DNA of 32,000 nucleotides from Alkalilimnicola ehrlichii MLHE-1. Its GTDB lineage: Bacteria; Pseudomonadota; Gammaproteobacteria; Nitrococcales; Halorhodospiraceae. The stretch spans positions 2,400,001 through 2,432,000 of the forward strand of contig NC_008340.1 in assembly GCF_000014785.1 (NCBI RefSeq). The letters run 5' to 3'. The translations under genes and the position numbers were made by a program. Under the pieces are notes generated by a model, which was not told the DNA's origin, did not search any database, and saw only the letters and a program-made list of their open reading frames with translations. Below, one piece after another: positions 1 through 8,313 of this stretch (the stretch's first letter is position 1; each line of letters opens with the position of its first letter).

Positions 1-714
1 AAGCTCGACGTGGAGGGGGACAATTGGGCCTATGGCTTCAACCTGGGGGCCCTGTTCGAACCGGTCGAGGGGACCCGCCTCGGGGTGGCCTACCGCTCGC
101 GCATCACCCATGACCTTTCGGGGGATGCCGAGTACGACCCGGCGAACTTCGGCCCGGGCACCGCCGAGCCCCAGGAGGTCGGGGGGAGCGCCAAACTGCG
201 CCTGCCCGAGACCCTCAGTCTGGGCATCCACCAGGCGATCAACGACCGCTGGGCGGTGATGGCCGACGCCACCTGGACCCGCTGGAGCCGCTTCGATGAG
301 CTACGGGTGGATTTCGACGAGGACATCACCATCGGCACCACCCTGATGGGGCCGATCACCTCCTCCGGCAGCGTCGACGACTACAGCTGGGACGACACCT
401 GGTTCGTCGCCCTGGGCGCCACCTTCCGTCCCAACAACGAATGGGCACTGCGGGTCGGGGTGGCCCACGACGAAAGCCCGGTCAGCAACTGCTGCCGCAC
501 CCCGCGCATCCCGGACGAGGACCGCACCTGGCTGGCCTTCGGCGCCAGCTACCAGCCCAATGACAACGTGAAACTGGACTTTGGCTACACCTACATCTGG
601 CTGGACGACGCCGATATCGTGCTGAACGACGACAACCCCAATGTCCCGGACGTGGAGGGCGAGTACGAAAGCTCTGTGCAGATCCTCACCGCCTCATTCA
701 ACTACCGGTTCTGA
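1..714 (+). CDS. fadL: FadL/TodX-family outer-membrane transporter for long-chain fatty acids or hydrophobic compounds (5' end cut by window edge)
   Basis: The frame is open from base 1 ([21 protein letters not shown]...). The product ends in ...SFNYRF with a terminal Phe, typical of OM beta-barrels. The alternating beta-strand pattern and the RIPDEDRTW region resemble FadL family members as I recall them. Confidence 0.8.
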   Translation, partial: KLDVEGDNWAYGFNLGALFEPVEGTRLGVAYRSRITHDLSGDAEYDPANFGPGTAEPQEVGGSAKLRLPETLSLGIHQAINDRWAVMADATWTRWSRFDELRVDFDEDITIGTTLMGPITSSGSVDDYSWDDTWFVALGATFRPNNEWALRVGVAHDESPVSNCCRTPRIPDEDRTWLAFGASYQPNDNVKLDFGYTYIWLDDADIVLNDDNPNVPDVEGEYESSVQILTASFNYRF

Positions 715-739
715 CAGCCCGCCTGTCGATCGCCCCACC

Positions 740-775
740 GGGGGCCGGACACCCCCGTTCGGCCCCTTTCTCATT
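740..775 (+). terminator. Putative intrinsic terminator downstream of fadL
   Basis: 7-bp stem GGGGCCG (741-747) / CGGCCCC (760-766) with a 12-nt loop, followed by TTTCTCATT. Confidence 0.4.
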
Positions 776-922
776 CCACCAGCCGGACCTCACTCCATTT
801 TTTTATTCGTATCCGGCATTAAATTACCACGATCAATTCTTTTTTTTGCTAAGCCCCAGGCGTTACGCTCTCTCAAACCGTCAACGCCTCGTCACGGGAT
901 GGGAGACTGGAGAGCCCGCGTT

Positions 923-1660
923 ATGGCCAACAGACCACAGGCATTGAAGATCCACCCCCAGCCGGTTCTCGCCCCCGGGGAGCTCGACTCGGTCCGACGG
1001 CAACTGGCGGCGGCATCGGCGCAGGAGCGTGTGCGCTGGGGCCTCGCCCGCTTCCCCGGACGCATTGTCCTCGCCTCCAGCTTCGGGGCGCAGGCCGCGG
1101 TGTCCCTGCACCTGGTGACCCGTGAACAGCCCGACATCCCCGTGGTACTGGTGGATACCGGCTATCTCTTCCCGGAGACCTACCGCTTTGTGGACGAGCT
1201 CACTGAACGGCTCGGTCTCAACCTTCAAGTCGCCCGCCCGGCGCACTCCGCGGCCTGGCAGGAGGCGCGCTTCGGCCGTCTCTGGGAGCAGGGCGTCGAG
1301 GGGATCGAACGCTACAATCGGATGAACAAGGTCGAGCCCATGCAGCAGGCCCTGGAGACCTTGGGGGCCGACGCCTGGTTTGCCGGGCTGCGCCGGCAGC
1401 AGGCGCACTCGCGGCAACAACGGCAGGTGGTCGAGATCCAGAACGACCGGGTCAAGGTGCATCCGATCATCGACTGGACAGACCGGGATGTCCACCGCTA
1501 CCTGACCCGCCACGACCTGCCCTACCACCCCCTCTGGCACGAAGGCTACGTCTCCATCGGCGACGTCCACACCACCCGCCGGCTCGCCGACGGCATGAGC
1601 GAGGAGGAGACGCGCTTCTTCGGCCTGCGCCGGGAGTGCGGTCTGCACGACCTGGTCTGA
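923..1660 (+). CDS. cysH: Phosphoadenosine phosphosulfate (PAPS) reductase, thioredoxin-dependent
   Basis: Conserved core [42 protein letters not shown] and C-terminal catalytic ECGLH. Start chosen at ATG 923 (MANRPQ...); ATG 899 is an alternative. The ORF-track extension back to 641 is a low-complexity Pro/Ser-rich read-through of the intergenic region. Confidence 0.85.
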   Translation: MANRPQALKIHPQPVLAPGELDSVRRQLAAASAQERVRWGLARFPGRIVLASSFGAQAAVSLHLVTREQPDIPVVLVDTGYLFPETYRFVDELTERLGLNLQVARPAHSAAWQEARFGRLWEQGVEGIERYNRMNKVEPMQQALETLGADAWFAGLRRQQAHSRQQRQVVEIQNDRVKVHPIIDWTDRDVHRYLTRHDLPYHPLWHEGYVSIGDVHTTRRLADGMSEEETRFFGLRRECGLHDLV

Positions 1661-1783
1661 GCATCGGCCTGGTTGACGCCCGCCCCCGCCTCCGCGGTCA
1701 GCGGTGGCGGTCGGCGGGTGGGTGGCGTCAGACGCCGGACACGCCCGCCGTCGGTTCCCGGGTCCTGCGCTCACTGGATCTGG

Positions 1784-2098
1784 TTATCCTCCGGACGCTG
1801 GGTGACTCCACGAGACCGCCAGATAGCCCGCCGCGATCACCGCCAGGGTCAGTAACAGCAACCCCAGCCAGGCCCCGCGCCAGGACGATCCGGAGGCACG
1901 CAGATTCAAATACACCATCGCCACCTGGTGGGCCTTGAAGCCGGTGCTCAGCAGCAGCAAGCCGGCGGACCACAGCGGCAATGTCCGGGCAGCCCCTTCA
2001 CCGCCCAGTTGCGCGGCGCACATGGAGAGCCCGGTCAGCGCCATCAGCACCGCCCAGGTCTGCAGCAGCCGGCGTTTACCGGGCAACGGTTGAGTCAT
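1784..2098 (-). CDS. norF: Small membrane protein, cytochrome oxidase subunit IV-like (NorF-type NO reductase accessory protein)
   Basis: 104 aa with about 3 hydrophobic helices. The ATG at 2098 lies 3 nt after the norE stop (2102-2104). Its position after a cox-III-like gene, divergent from norCBQD, matches the norEF arrangement. Confidence 0.6.
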   Translation of the reverse strand: MTQPLPGKRRLLQTWAVLMALTGLSMCAAQLGGEGAARTLPLWSAGLLLLSTGFKAHQVAMVYLNLRASGSSWRGAWLGLLLLTLAVIAAGYLAVSWSHPASGG

Positions 2099-2101
2099 CG
2101 C

Positions 2102-2698
2102 TCACCTCAACAGGTAGATCAACGGATACAGCAGCACCCAGACCAGATCCACCATGTGCCAGAAGGCCGTGCCCGTCTCCACATGGGTCATGCGCGGCCG
2201 CCAGACCACCAGCGCCAGCAACACCAGGCCGAACACCACGTGGGCGAAGTGGAAACCGGTCAGCAGGTAGTAGAAGGTAAAGAAGGTGTTGCTCTCAGGC
2301 GTGAGCCCGGCACCCAGTTTGTCGGCGTACTCCACCACCTTGATCACGGCAAAGACCAGTCCCAGCACCATAGCGGCCAGTAACCACTGACGGCATCGCC
2401 GAACCCCTCCCACCGCGACGGCCTCCAGGGCTAGCGCGGCAAACAGACCGCTGGTGAGCAGAATGAGGGTGTTCAGCCCGCCCAGTAGCGGGTTGAGCAG
2501 TTGCCGCGAGGCCTCAAACACCTCCGGTTCGCCGGCGCGGGCCCAGGCAAAGGCCGCGAAGAAGGCGGCAAAGACCACCACCTCACTCAGGATCAACACC
2601 CACATCAGCGGGTTTCCGGGCAGCCCGGCCAATGGGCCCCAGCCCGGATTGCAGACCAACGGGGCCCCGCCGTTATCGGTCCCACCACCTGGTCGCAT
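2102..2698 (-). CDS. norE: Cytochrome c oxidase subunit III-like membrane protein (NorE-type NO reductase accessory protein)
   Basis: Polytopic membrane protein with a cox-III-like C-terminal region (FFTFYYLLTGFHFAHVVFGL...FWHMVDLVWVLLYPLIYL). ATG 2698 is preceded by GGAGGG. The ORF-track start at 2716 is a TTG. Confidence 0.75.
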   Translation of the reverse strand: MRPGGGTDNGGAPLVCNPGWGPLAGLPGNPLMWVLILSEVVVFAAFFAAFAWARAGEPEVFEASRQLLNPLLGGLNTLILLTSGLFAALALEAVAVGGVRRCRQWLLAAMVLGLVFAVIKVVEYADKLGAGLTPESNTFFTFYYLLTGFHFAHVVFGLVLLALVVWRPRMTHVETGTAFWHMVDLVWVLLYPLIYLLR

Positions 2699-2742
2699 CA
2701 GCCCTCCATCGCGCAAGGCCCTCCCCCCGCGCCGTTTTCGAA

Positions 2743-2756
2743 TTGCCGTGAATCAA
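2743..2756. promoter_or_regulatory. Candidate FNR/DNR/NnrR-type box (TTGCCGTGAATCAA) in the norE-norC divergent intergenic region
   Basis: Fits TTG-N8-CAA. It has one perfect ATCAA half-site of the TTGAT-N4-ATCAA consensus; the left half (TTGCC) is degenerate. Confidence 0.35.
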
Positions 2757-2792
2757 GTTTGCAGCGCTTTTCCATGCCCACCGCTGGACTTA

Positions 2793-2815
2793 AAGATGCT
2801 GTTATTTTACATCTT
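2793..2815. promoter_or_regulatory. Candidate NsrR-type operator (11-1-11 inverted repeat) upstream of norC
   Basis: AAGATGCTGTT-A-TTTTACATCTT. The outer arms AAGATG/CATCTT are perfectly inverted, and the architecture equals the recalled NsrR consensus AAnATGCATTT-n-AAATGCATnTT. It lies in the AT-rich patch about 80 nt before the norC start. Confidence 0.4.
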
Positions 2816-2894
2816 ATGGCTCTGGCTGACAGGTCACGTTAATCCGCAGCATCACGGCACTGAGCCATCGCCATCAACTGGGGGGTATACGCCG

Positions 2895-3347
2895 ATGTCC
2901 GACGGTCTGACCAAGGCCGCGGCCCGGAACATTTTCTTCGGCGGGTCGCTGTTCTTCTTCATCCTCTTTGCCGCACTGACGGCACACAGCCACTGGTACA
3001 TCGTCAATCACTCCACCGACCACGCCGGCATGACCGACTCGGTCGTGGCGGGTAAGGAGGTCTGGGAGGAGCACAACTGCATTAATTGTCACACCATCCT
3101 CGGCGAGGGCGCCTACTTTGGCCCTGAGATGGGCAATGTCTGGACCCGGTTCGGCGGGCACCGGAGCCCCGAGGGTGCACGCGCCGCCATTGCCGGCTGG
3201 ATACGCGCCCAGCCCACCGGGGCCCCGGGGCGGCGGCAAATGCCCTACTTCGAAATCAACGATGAGGAGATGGACGCGCTGATCGATTTCCTCGAATGGA
3301 CCGACAACATCGACACCCAAGACTGGCCGCCCCACCCATCCGGATGA
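2895..3347 (+). CDS. norC: Nitric oxide reductase subunit C (membrane-anchored mono-heme cytochrome c)
   Basis: MSDGLTKAAARNIFFGGSLFFFILF... N-terminal anchor, heme-c motif CINCH, then TILGEGAYFGPEMGNV and PGRRQMPYF. Close match to Pseudomonas/Paracoccus NorC as recalled. The upstream part of the 2454 ORF is non-coding read-through. Confidence 0.92.
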   Translation: MSDGLTKAAARNIFFGGSLFFFILFAALTAHSHWYIVNHSTDHAGMTDSVVAGKEVWEEHNCINCHTILGEGAYFGPEMGNVWTRFGGHRSPEGARAAIAGWIRAQPTGAPGRRQMPYFEINDEEMDALIDFLEWTDNIDTQDWPPHPSG

Positions 3348-3407
3348 GCCACCGGCACTGACTGAACCACCGGTACAACGGGTCCCGAGACGAGGAGCAC
3401 GTCAACC

Positions 3408-4751
3408 ATGAAGTATGAAACCCAACGGGTGGCCTACCCCTTCTTTCTGGTCGCCATGGCGCTGTTCGCGCTGCAGATCACCTTCGGCATTCTGGCCGGC
3501 ACGGTCTACGTACTGCCCAACTTCCTCGCCGAAGCGATGCCCTTTCACATCATCCGCACCAGCCACACCAACCTGTTGATCGTCTGGCTACTGATCGGCT
3601 TCTTCGGCTGCACCTACTACCTGATACCGGAGGAGACGGAACACGAGCTCTACAGTCCCAAGCTGGCCTACATCCAGCTGGGGATCTTCGCCTTTGCCGG
3701 GGCCGCCGCCCTGGTGGGCTACCAGTTCGGTATCCACGAGGGACGCCACTACCTGGAGCAGCCCTTTTGGGTGAAGAGCTTGCTGACCCTCTCCTTCCTG
3801 ATGTTCCTGTTCAACACCACGATGACGCTGATCAAGGGCCGGCGCACGGCGGTGAGCCTGGTGCTCATGCTGGGCCTTTGGCTGGCGGCCATCTTCTGGA
3901 TGTTCGCCTTCTATAACCCGTCCAACCTGGCGCTGGACAAGCTCTACTGGTGGTGGATCGTCCACATCTGGGTGGAAGGCGTCTGGGAGCTGATCATGGC
4001 CGCCCTGCTCGGCTACCTGCTGATCAAGCTCACCGGCGTGGATCGGGAGATCATCGAGAAGTGGCTGTATGTGATCGTCGGTCTGTCGCTGTTTTCCGGT
4101 CTGCTCGGCACTGGCCACCACTATTACTGGATCGGCACCCCCGGCTACTGGCAGCCCATCGGCAGCATCTTCTCCACCCTGGAGGTCATCCCCTTCTTCG
4201 CCATGGTGGTGTTCGCCTTCTACATGTTCTGGAAGGGCAGCCGGAATCACCCCAACAAGGCGGCCATGCTGTGGACCCTCGGCTGTGCGGTCATCGCCTT
4301 CTTCGGCGCCGGCGTCTGGGGCTTCATGCACACCCTGTCGTTCATCAACTACTACACCCACGGCACCCAGATCACCGCCGCCCACGGCCACTTGGCCTTC
4401 TTCGGGGCCTACGTGATGCTGGTCCTGGCGCTCATCTCCTACGCCATGCCGCAGATGCGCCGGGTCCAGCCCTACAACCAGGTGATGAACATGTGGTCCT
4501 TCTGGATCATGACCTCCGCCATGTGCTTCATGACCTTCACCCTGACCTTCGCCGGTGTGGTGCAGACCCACCTGCAACGGGTGCTGGGCATGAACTTCAT
4601 GGAGGTGCAGGGCCAACTGGATATGTTCTACGTGATGCGGCTGGGTGCGGGCGTGGCCGTGGCCGTAGGCCTGGTACTGTTCCTCTGGTCGATTTACGGC
4701 CGGACCCGCGAGCAGGTGCCACAGACGGCCAATGTCCCAGGCACCGCCTGA
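3408..4751 (+). CDS. norB: Nitric oxide reductase subunit B (cNOR catalytic subunit, heme-copper oxidase superfamily)
   Basis: 447 aa, about 12 TM helices, His ligand motifs (GTGHHYYWIG, TAAHGHLAFFGAY, WGFMHTL). GAGGAG SD lies 10 nt upstream of ATG 3408. The gene sits directly after norC. Confidence 0.93.
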   Translation: MKYETQRVAYPFFLVAMALFALQITFGILAGTVYVLPNFLAEAMPFHIIRTSHTNLLIVWLLIGFFGCTYYLIPEETEHELYSPKLAYIQLGIFAFAGAAALVGYQFGIHEGRHYLEQPFWVKSLLTLSFLMFLFNTTMTLIKGRRTAVSLVLMLGLWLAAIFWMFAFYNPSNLALDKLYWWWIVHIWVEGVWELIMAALLGYLLIKLTGVDREIIEKWLYVIVGLSLFSGLLGTGHHYYWIGTPGYWQPIGSIFSTLEVIPFFAMVVFAFYMFWKGSRNHPNKAAMLWTLGCAVIAFFGAGVWGFMHTLSFINYYTHGTQITAAHGHLAFFGAYVMLVLALISYAMPQMRRVQPYNQVMNMWSFWIMTSAMCFMTFTLTFAGVVQTHLQRVLGMNFMEVQGQLDMFYVMRLGAGVAVAVGLVLFLWSIYGRTREQVPQTANVPGTA

Positions 4752-4775
4752 CTGCCTTCCGGCCAGGCCACGACG

Positions 4776-4808
4776 GTCTGCCACCGGGTCCGGAACCCGG
4801 TGGCAGAC
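4776..4808 (+). promoter_or_regulatory. Perfect 14-bp GC-rich stem-loop between norB and norQ (intercistronic attenuator or mRNA-stabilising hairpin candidate)
   Basis: GTCTGCCACCGGGT (4776-4789) - CCGGA - ACCCGGTGGCAGAC (4795-4808). No U-tract follows. Confidence 0.6.
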
Positions 4809-4861
4809 CCGCTCCGGCTGAGCGATCCCGACCCGTTCCCGATACGCAAGAGGTCCGGCTC

Positions 4862-5674
4862 ATGCCCCGATCCGCAGAAGCACTGGCAACGCCATCCCGC
4901 GACACTCCCTATTACGAGCCCGTGGGCGGTGAATGCCGCCTGTTCGAGCACGCCCACCAGCACGGCCTGCCGCTGCTGCTCAAGGGCCCCACCGGCTGTG
5001 GCAAGACCCGCTTCGTCAGCCATATGGCCACCCGCCTGGGCCGGCCGCTGTACACCGTCGCCTGTCATGACGACCTGACCGCCGCCGATCTCACCGGCCG
5101 CTACCTGTTGCAGGGCGGCGAGACCCGCTGGGTGGACGGCCCGCTGACCCGCGCGGTGCGCGAGGGCGGGATCTGCTACCTGGACGAGGTGGTGGAGGCG
5201 CGCAAAGACGTTACCGTGGTGCTGCACCCGCTCACCGACGACCGCCGTGTGCTCCCCCTGGAACGCACCGGCGAGCTGTTGCAGGCCCCGAAGGACTTCA
5301 TGCTGGTGGTCTCCTACAACCCGGGGTATCAGAACATCCTGAAGACCCTGAAACCGAGCACCCGGCAACGCTTCATGGCGCTCTCCTTTGACTTTCCCCC
5401 ACCGGAGACCGAGGTGGCCATCGTCAGTCGCGAGAGCGGGCTGGACCGGGACCGCTGCCTGGCCCTGGTCAACCTGGCGGTGCGGCTACGCGCCCTCAAG
5501 GGACAGGACCTTGAGGAGGGCGTCTCCACCCGGCTGCTGGTCTACTGCGCCAGCCTGATCCGCTCCGGCGTCCCCATCCTGGAGGCGGCCCACTGCACCC
5601 TGGTGGAGCCGCTCAGCGACGATGAGGACGTCAAGGCCGGACTCGCTGAAGCCGTGCACGCCACCTTCGGCTGA
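4862..5674 (+). CDS. norQ: NorQ/CbbQ-type MoxR-family AAA+ ATPase (NO reductase maturation)
   Basis: Walker A GPTGCGKT, Walker B ICYLDEVVEA, and a YNPGYQ...LKPSTRQRF region typical of CbbQ/NirQ/NorQ. AAGAGG SD precedes ATG 4862. Confidence 0.9.
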   Translation: MPRSAEALATPSRDTPYYEPVGGECRLFEHAHQHGLPLLLKGPTGCGKTRFVSHMATRLGRPLYTVACHDDLTAADLTGRYLLQGGETRWVDGPLTRAVREGGICYLDEVVEARKDVTVVLHPLTDDRRVLPLERTGELLQAPKDFMLVVSYNPGYQNILKTLKPSTRQRFMALSFDFPPPETEVAIVSRESGLDRDRCLALVNLAVRLRALKGQDLEEGVSTRLLVYCASLIRSGVPILEAAHCTLVEPLSDDEDVKAGLAEAVHATFG

Positions 5675-5702
5675 CCATCCGCCCGAGGCGCAGGAGAAGC
5701 CC

Positions 5703-7646
5703 ATGCTGCAGTTCCTGGAGGTGGAAGAGTTCGTCGGTCGCCACTGGCACCGTTGGGCATCGCAGGCACGGAGCTACCCGCGCCACCCGGAGGCCGCGGT
5801 CCAGCTCGCCACCCTGCGCGGCCTCCTGGGCGTGTTCTTCCGCGCCAGCGGGGGGCCGGCGGGGGTGCCGGTGGCCTCCATCGTGGCCCGCAACTCCCGT
5901 CACCGCCTGACCTGGCGGCAGCGCCTCGGGTTCGACGAGGAGCCGGTGGATCGGGCCCGCCGCGATGAGGAGAACCTGCTGCTGCCACCGGTGCTGGACT
6001 ACTTCCCCACCGCGGCTCAGAACCGCGACCACTATCTTTGGCTGGCGGCCTTCCTGGCCCTGGCGCGGCCACCGCGCACGGACCGCCTGCACGACCCATT
6101 GCAGCAGGATATCGTCCGGCTGCGGGAGGTCCACCGCGTGATCCAAACCATCCGCGACCGGCTACCGGGGCTCCACCAGCGTTACCGCGCCCTGGGCAGC
6201 GCCATGCTGGCACTGCGCCCCCGGCGCCGCCTGCCGCCCCAGGAGTCCGCCGTGGAGCTGGCCGTGCAGTACCTGCTCGGGGCCGCCCTGCCGGGTCGGA
6301 GCGCCGCCACGGCCATCGTCCGCGCCGTCACCGATCCACAAGTGGCCCTGGATGCGTTCCAGGCCGACCGGGATTACCGACCACCCCTGCCCATGCCGCT
6401 CTGGGGCGAGGTCGTCCCGCTGGGCACGGGGACCGGCGCCAAGCCGGGCGAGGGCCACGACGAGGGCGGCGCCACGGGCAGCCCCAAGCAGGCCAGCGAG
6501 GGCAAGCGCCAGGCCGAGCGCCGTCACCAGGACCAATGCGAGCGCGACGACCCGCTGGTCCTCAACCGCTTCGAGAAGATGCTCTCCTGGACGGAGATGG
6601 TGAACGTCAACCGGCTGGTTGAAGACGAGGAGGACGAAGAGGCCAAACGGGCTGCTGAACAGATCGAGGAGATCACCCTCAGCCCCCATAAGCAGCGCGC
6701 GGCCACCCGGCTGAAGGTGGACCTGGACCTGCCGCCGGACGCCGTCACCGGCGATCGCCTGCGCGCAACCCACACCTACCCGGAGTGGAACTTCCGCAAG
6801 CAGGCCTACCTGCCGGACCACTGCGCCGTGCACACGGACCTGCAGCCCGAGGAGGGCGAGGCCTGGCGCCCCGATGCCGGCACCCGCCGGCGCATCCGCC
6901 GGGTGCAACGCCAGTTCGAGGCCCTGCGCCCGCGCCGGGAACTGCTGCGCGCCCAGATCGATGGCGCGGAACTGGACATGGACGCCACCATCCGCGCCCA
7001 TTGCGACCTCCGGGCCACCGGCGAGGGCTCCGACAACATCTACCAGGCGGCCCGCTGCCAGGCCCGCGACCTGGCGGTGGCGATCCTGGTGGACTGCTCG
7101 CTCTCCACCGACGCCTGGCTGGAGGATCAGCGGATACTGGATGTGGAGAAGGAGGCCCTGCTGGTGCTGGCCCATGGCCTCAAGGGCTGCGGAGACGATT
7201 ATGCCATCTACACCTTCACCTCCCACCGGCGGCAGAAGGTCTGGGTAAATACCGTCAAGGCCTTCGACGAACCCCTCCAGGCGCGGGTGGAGCGCCGGAT
7301 CGGGGCACTCAAGCCCGGCCATTACACCCGCATGGGACCGGCGCTACGCCACGTCTCCGGCGAATTGGCCAAACGGCCCAATAGGCACAAACTGCTACTG
7401 GTGCTCACCGACGGCAAGCCCAACGATACCGACTACTATGAGGGCCGCTACGCCATCGAGGACACGCGCAAGGCGGTACGGGAGGCCCGGCGCCAGGCCC
7501 AGACGGTGTTCGGTGTCACCGTGGACAGCGAGGCCCAACAGTACTTTCCTTACCTGTTCGGACGGGCCGGCTACAGCATCGTCCAGCGGCCCGCCCACCT
7601 GGCCCAGAGCTTGCCGGCCATCTACCGTCAGATCATCAGCGAATAG
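5703..7646 (+). CDS. norD: NorD, von Willebrand factor A domain protein (NO reductase activation, partner of NorQ)
   Basis: C-terminal VWA domain with MIDAS-like ILVDCSLSTD and LLLVLTDGKPND. AGGAGA SD precedes ATG 5703. Its position after norQ fits the pairing. Confidence 0.88.
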   Translation: MLQFLEVEEFVGRHWHRWASQARSYPRHPEAAVQLATLRGLLGVFFRASGGPAGVPVASIVARNSRHRLTWRQRLGFDEEPVDRARRDEENLLLPPVLDYFPTAAQNRDHYLWLAAFLALARPPRTDRLHDPLQQDIVRLREVHRVIQTIRDRLPGLHQRYRALGSAMLALRPRRRLPPQESAVELAVQYLLGAALPGRSAATAIVRAVTDPQVALDAFQADRDYRPPLPMPLWGEVVPLGTGTGAKPGEGHDEGGATGSPKQASEGKRQAERRHQDQCERDDPLVLNRFEKMLSWTEMVNVNRLVEDEEDEEAKRAAEQIEEITLSPHKQRAATRLKVDLDLPPDAVTGDRLRATHTYPEWNFRKQAYLPDHCAVHTDLQPEEGEAWRPDAGTRRRIRRVQRQFEALRPRRELLRAQIDGAELDMDATIRAHCDLRATGEGSDNIYQAARCQARDLAVAILVDCSLSTDAWLEDQRILDVEKEALLVLAHGLKGCGDDYAIYTFTSHRRQKVWVNTVKAFDEPLQARVERRIGALKPGHYTRMGPALRHVSGELAKRPNRHKLLLVLTDGKPNDTDYYEGRYAIEDTRKAVREARRQAQTVFGVTVDSEAQQYFPYLFGRAGYSIVQRPAHLAQSLPAIYRQIISE

Positions 7647-7663
7647 GCCCTGACGGGGGGAAC

Positions 7664-7855
7664 ATGCCCAATCGACGCTATCTGACCGCTTTCGCCATCG
7701 CCGCCGTCATCTCTATGGGGGCGGTGTGGCTGCTCGCCTGGCTGATCAACAATCATGACTGGGGCGTGGCCATGATGCTCATCGTGCCCCTGGCGGTGTT
7801 CCTGATGATCCGCCTAGCGCGCCGGCTGGACCGCTGGGCCCGGGATGGGGGCTGA
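7664..7855 (+). CDS. Hypothetical small membrane protein (63 aa, two predicted TM helices)
   Basis: ATG with a G-rich SD 17 nt after the norD stop. Strong G/C third-position bias consistent with coding. No family recognised. Confidence 0.45.
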   Translation: MPNRRYLTAFAIAAVISMGAVWLLAWLINNHDWGVAMMLIVPLAVFLMIRLARRLDRWARDGG

Positions 7856-7863
7856 TCAGCCCC
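7848..7863. repeat. Perfect 16-bp palindrome GGGGCTGATCAGCCCC containing the abutting stop codons of two convergent genes
   Basis: TGA (7853-7855, + gene) and TCA (7856-7858, stop of the - gene) sit at the palindrome centre. It could fold as a short hairpin on either transcript. Confidence 0.7.
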
Positions 7864-8251
7864 GCCCGAAGCCCAGCCCGCGGGGGTTGGGCACCGCCCG
7901 TCCCTGCATCAAGTCATTGACGCCCACCGCGCAGCGCCCCACGGCCCAGACCATCCAGGCAGCCAGGATGAAATAGCCGAGCAGGGTCATGGCCAGGCCC
8001 AATGCCACGGCCAGCAGCAACAGCCCCAGCCAGAAGGTGCGGATCTGGAAGGTGTAGTGGCTCCTCAGCCATGCCGGTGCCCGGTTACGCCGCCAGTGGG
8101 CCAGCACCACCCCCACCGGGGCGGTGGCCACCATCATGATACCGCCCAGCAGCAGCAGGTAGACCGTCGCGGCCCAGGTGCCGCCTCCGCCGGCCGTTGC
8201 CTGTTCGTCCTGCAACGTGGCCGGGCCCTCTGCCCCTGATGAATAGGACAT
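7856..8251 (-). CDS. DUF4870-like integral membrane protein
   Basis: ...VVLAHWRRNRAPAWLRSHYTFQIRTFWLGLLLL... resembles the W-L-x-SH-x-x-x-QIRTFW core that I recall for the DUF4870/COG3671 family. Start set at ATG 8251 (MSYSS); upstream in-frame codons look non-coding. Confidence 0.6.
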   Translation of the reverse strand: MSYSSGAEGPATLQDEQATAGGGGTWAATVYLLLLGGIMMVATAPVGVVLAHWRRNRAPAWLRSHYTFQIRTFWLGLLLLAVALGLAMTLLGYFILAAWMVWAVGRCAVGVNDLMQGRAVPNPRGLGFGRG

Positions 8252-8313
8252 AACATACTCCGTTAATACACCTTCCAAGGCTAACGCACCCGTCCGCCCC
8301 GACACAATGGAGC

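Noticed and set aside
641-922. N-terminal extensions offered by the ORF track: cysH from 641, norC from 2454, norQ from 3950, norD from 5622, the hydroxyacyl-CoA dehydrogenase to 19038, metH from 25553 and ubiT to 30890.
   Set aside because: The extensions overlap upstream genes or intergenic promoters and are Pro/Arg/Ser-rich. Homology-consistent internal starts with good Shine-Dalgarno sequences exist in each case.
1661-1783. Possible bidirectional terminator between convergent cysH and norF (imperfect GACGCCCGCC...GGCGGGTGGGTGGCGTC pairing and a GGCGTC-A-GACGCC palindrome).
   Set aside because: The pairing is imperfect, with a long loop or a 1-nt loop, and there are no U-tracts. It cannot be distinguished from chance GC-rich self-complementarity.
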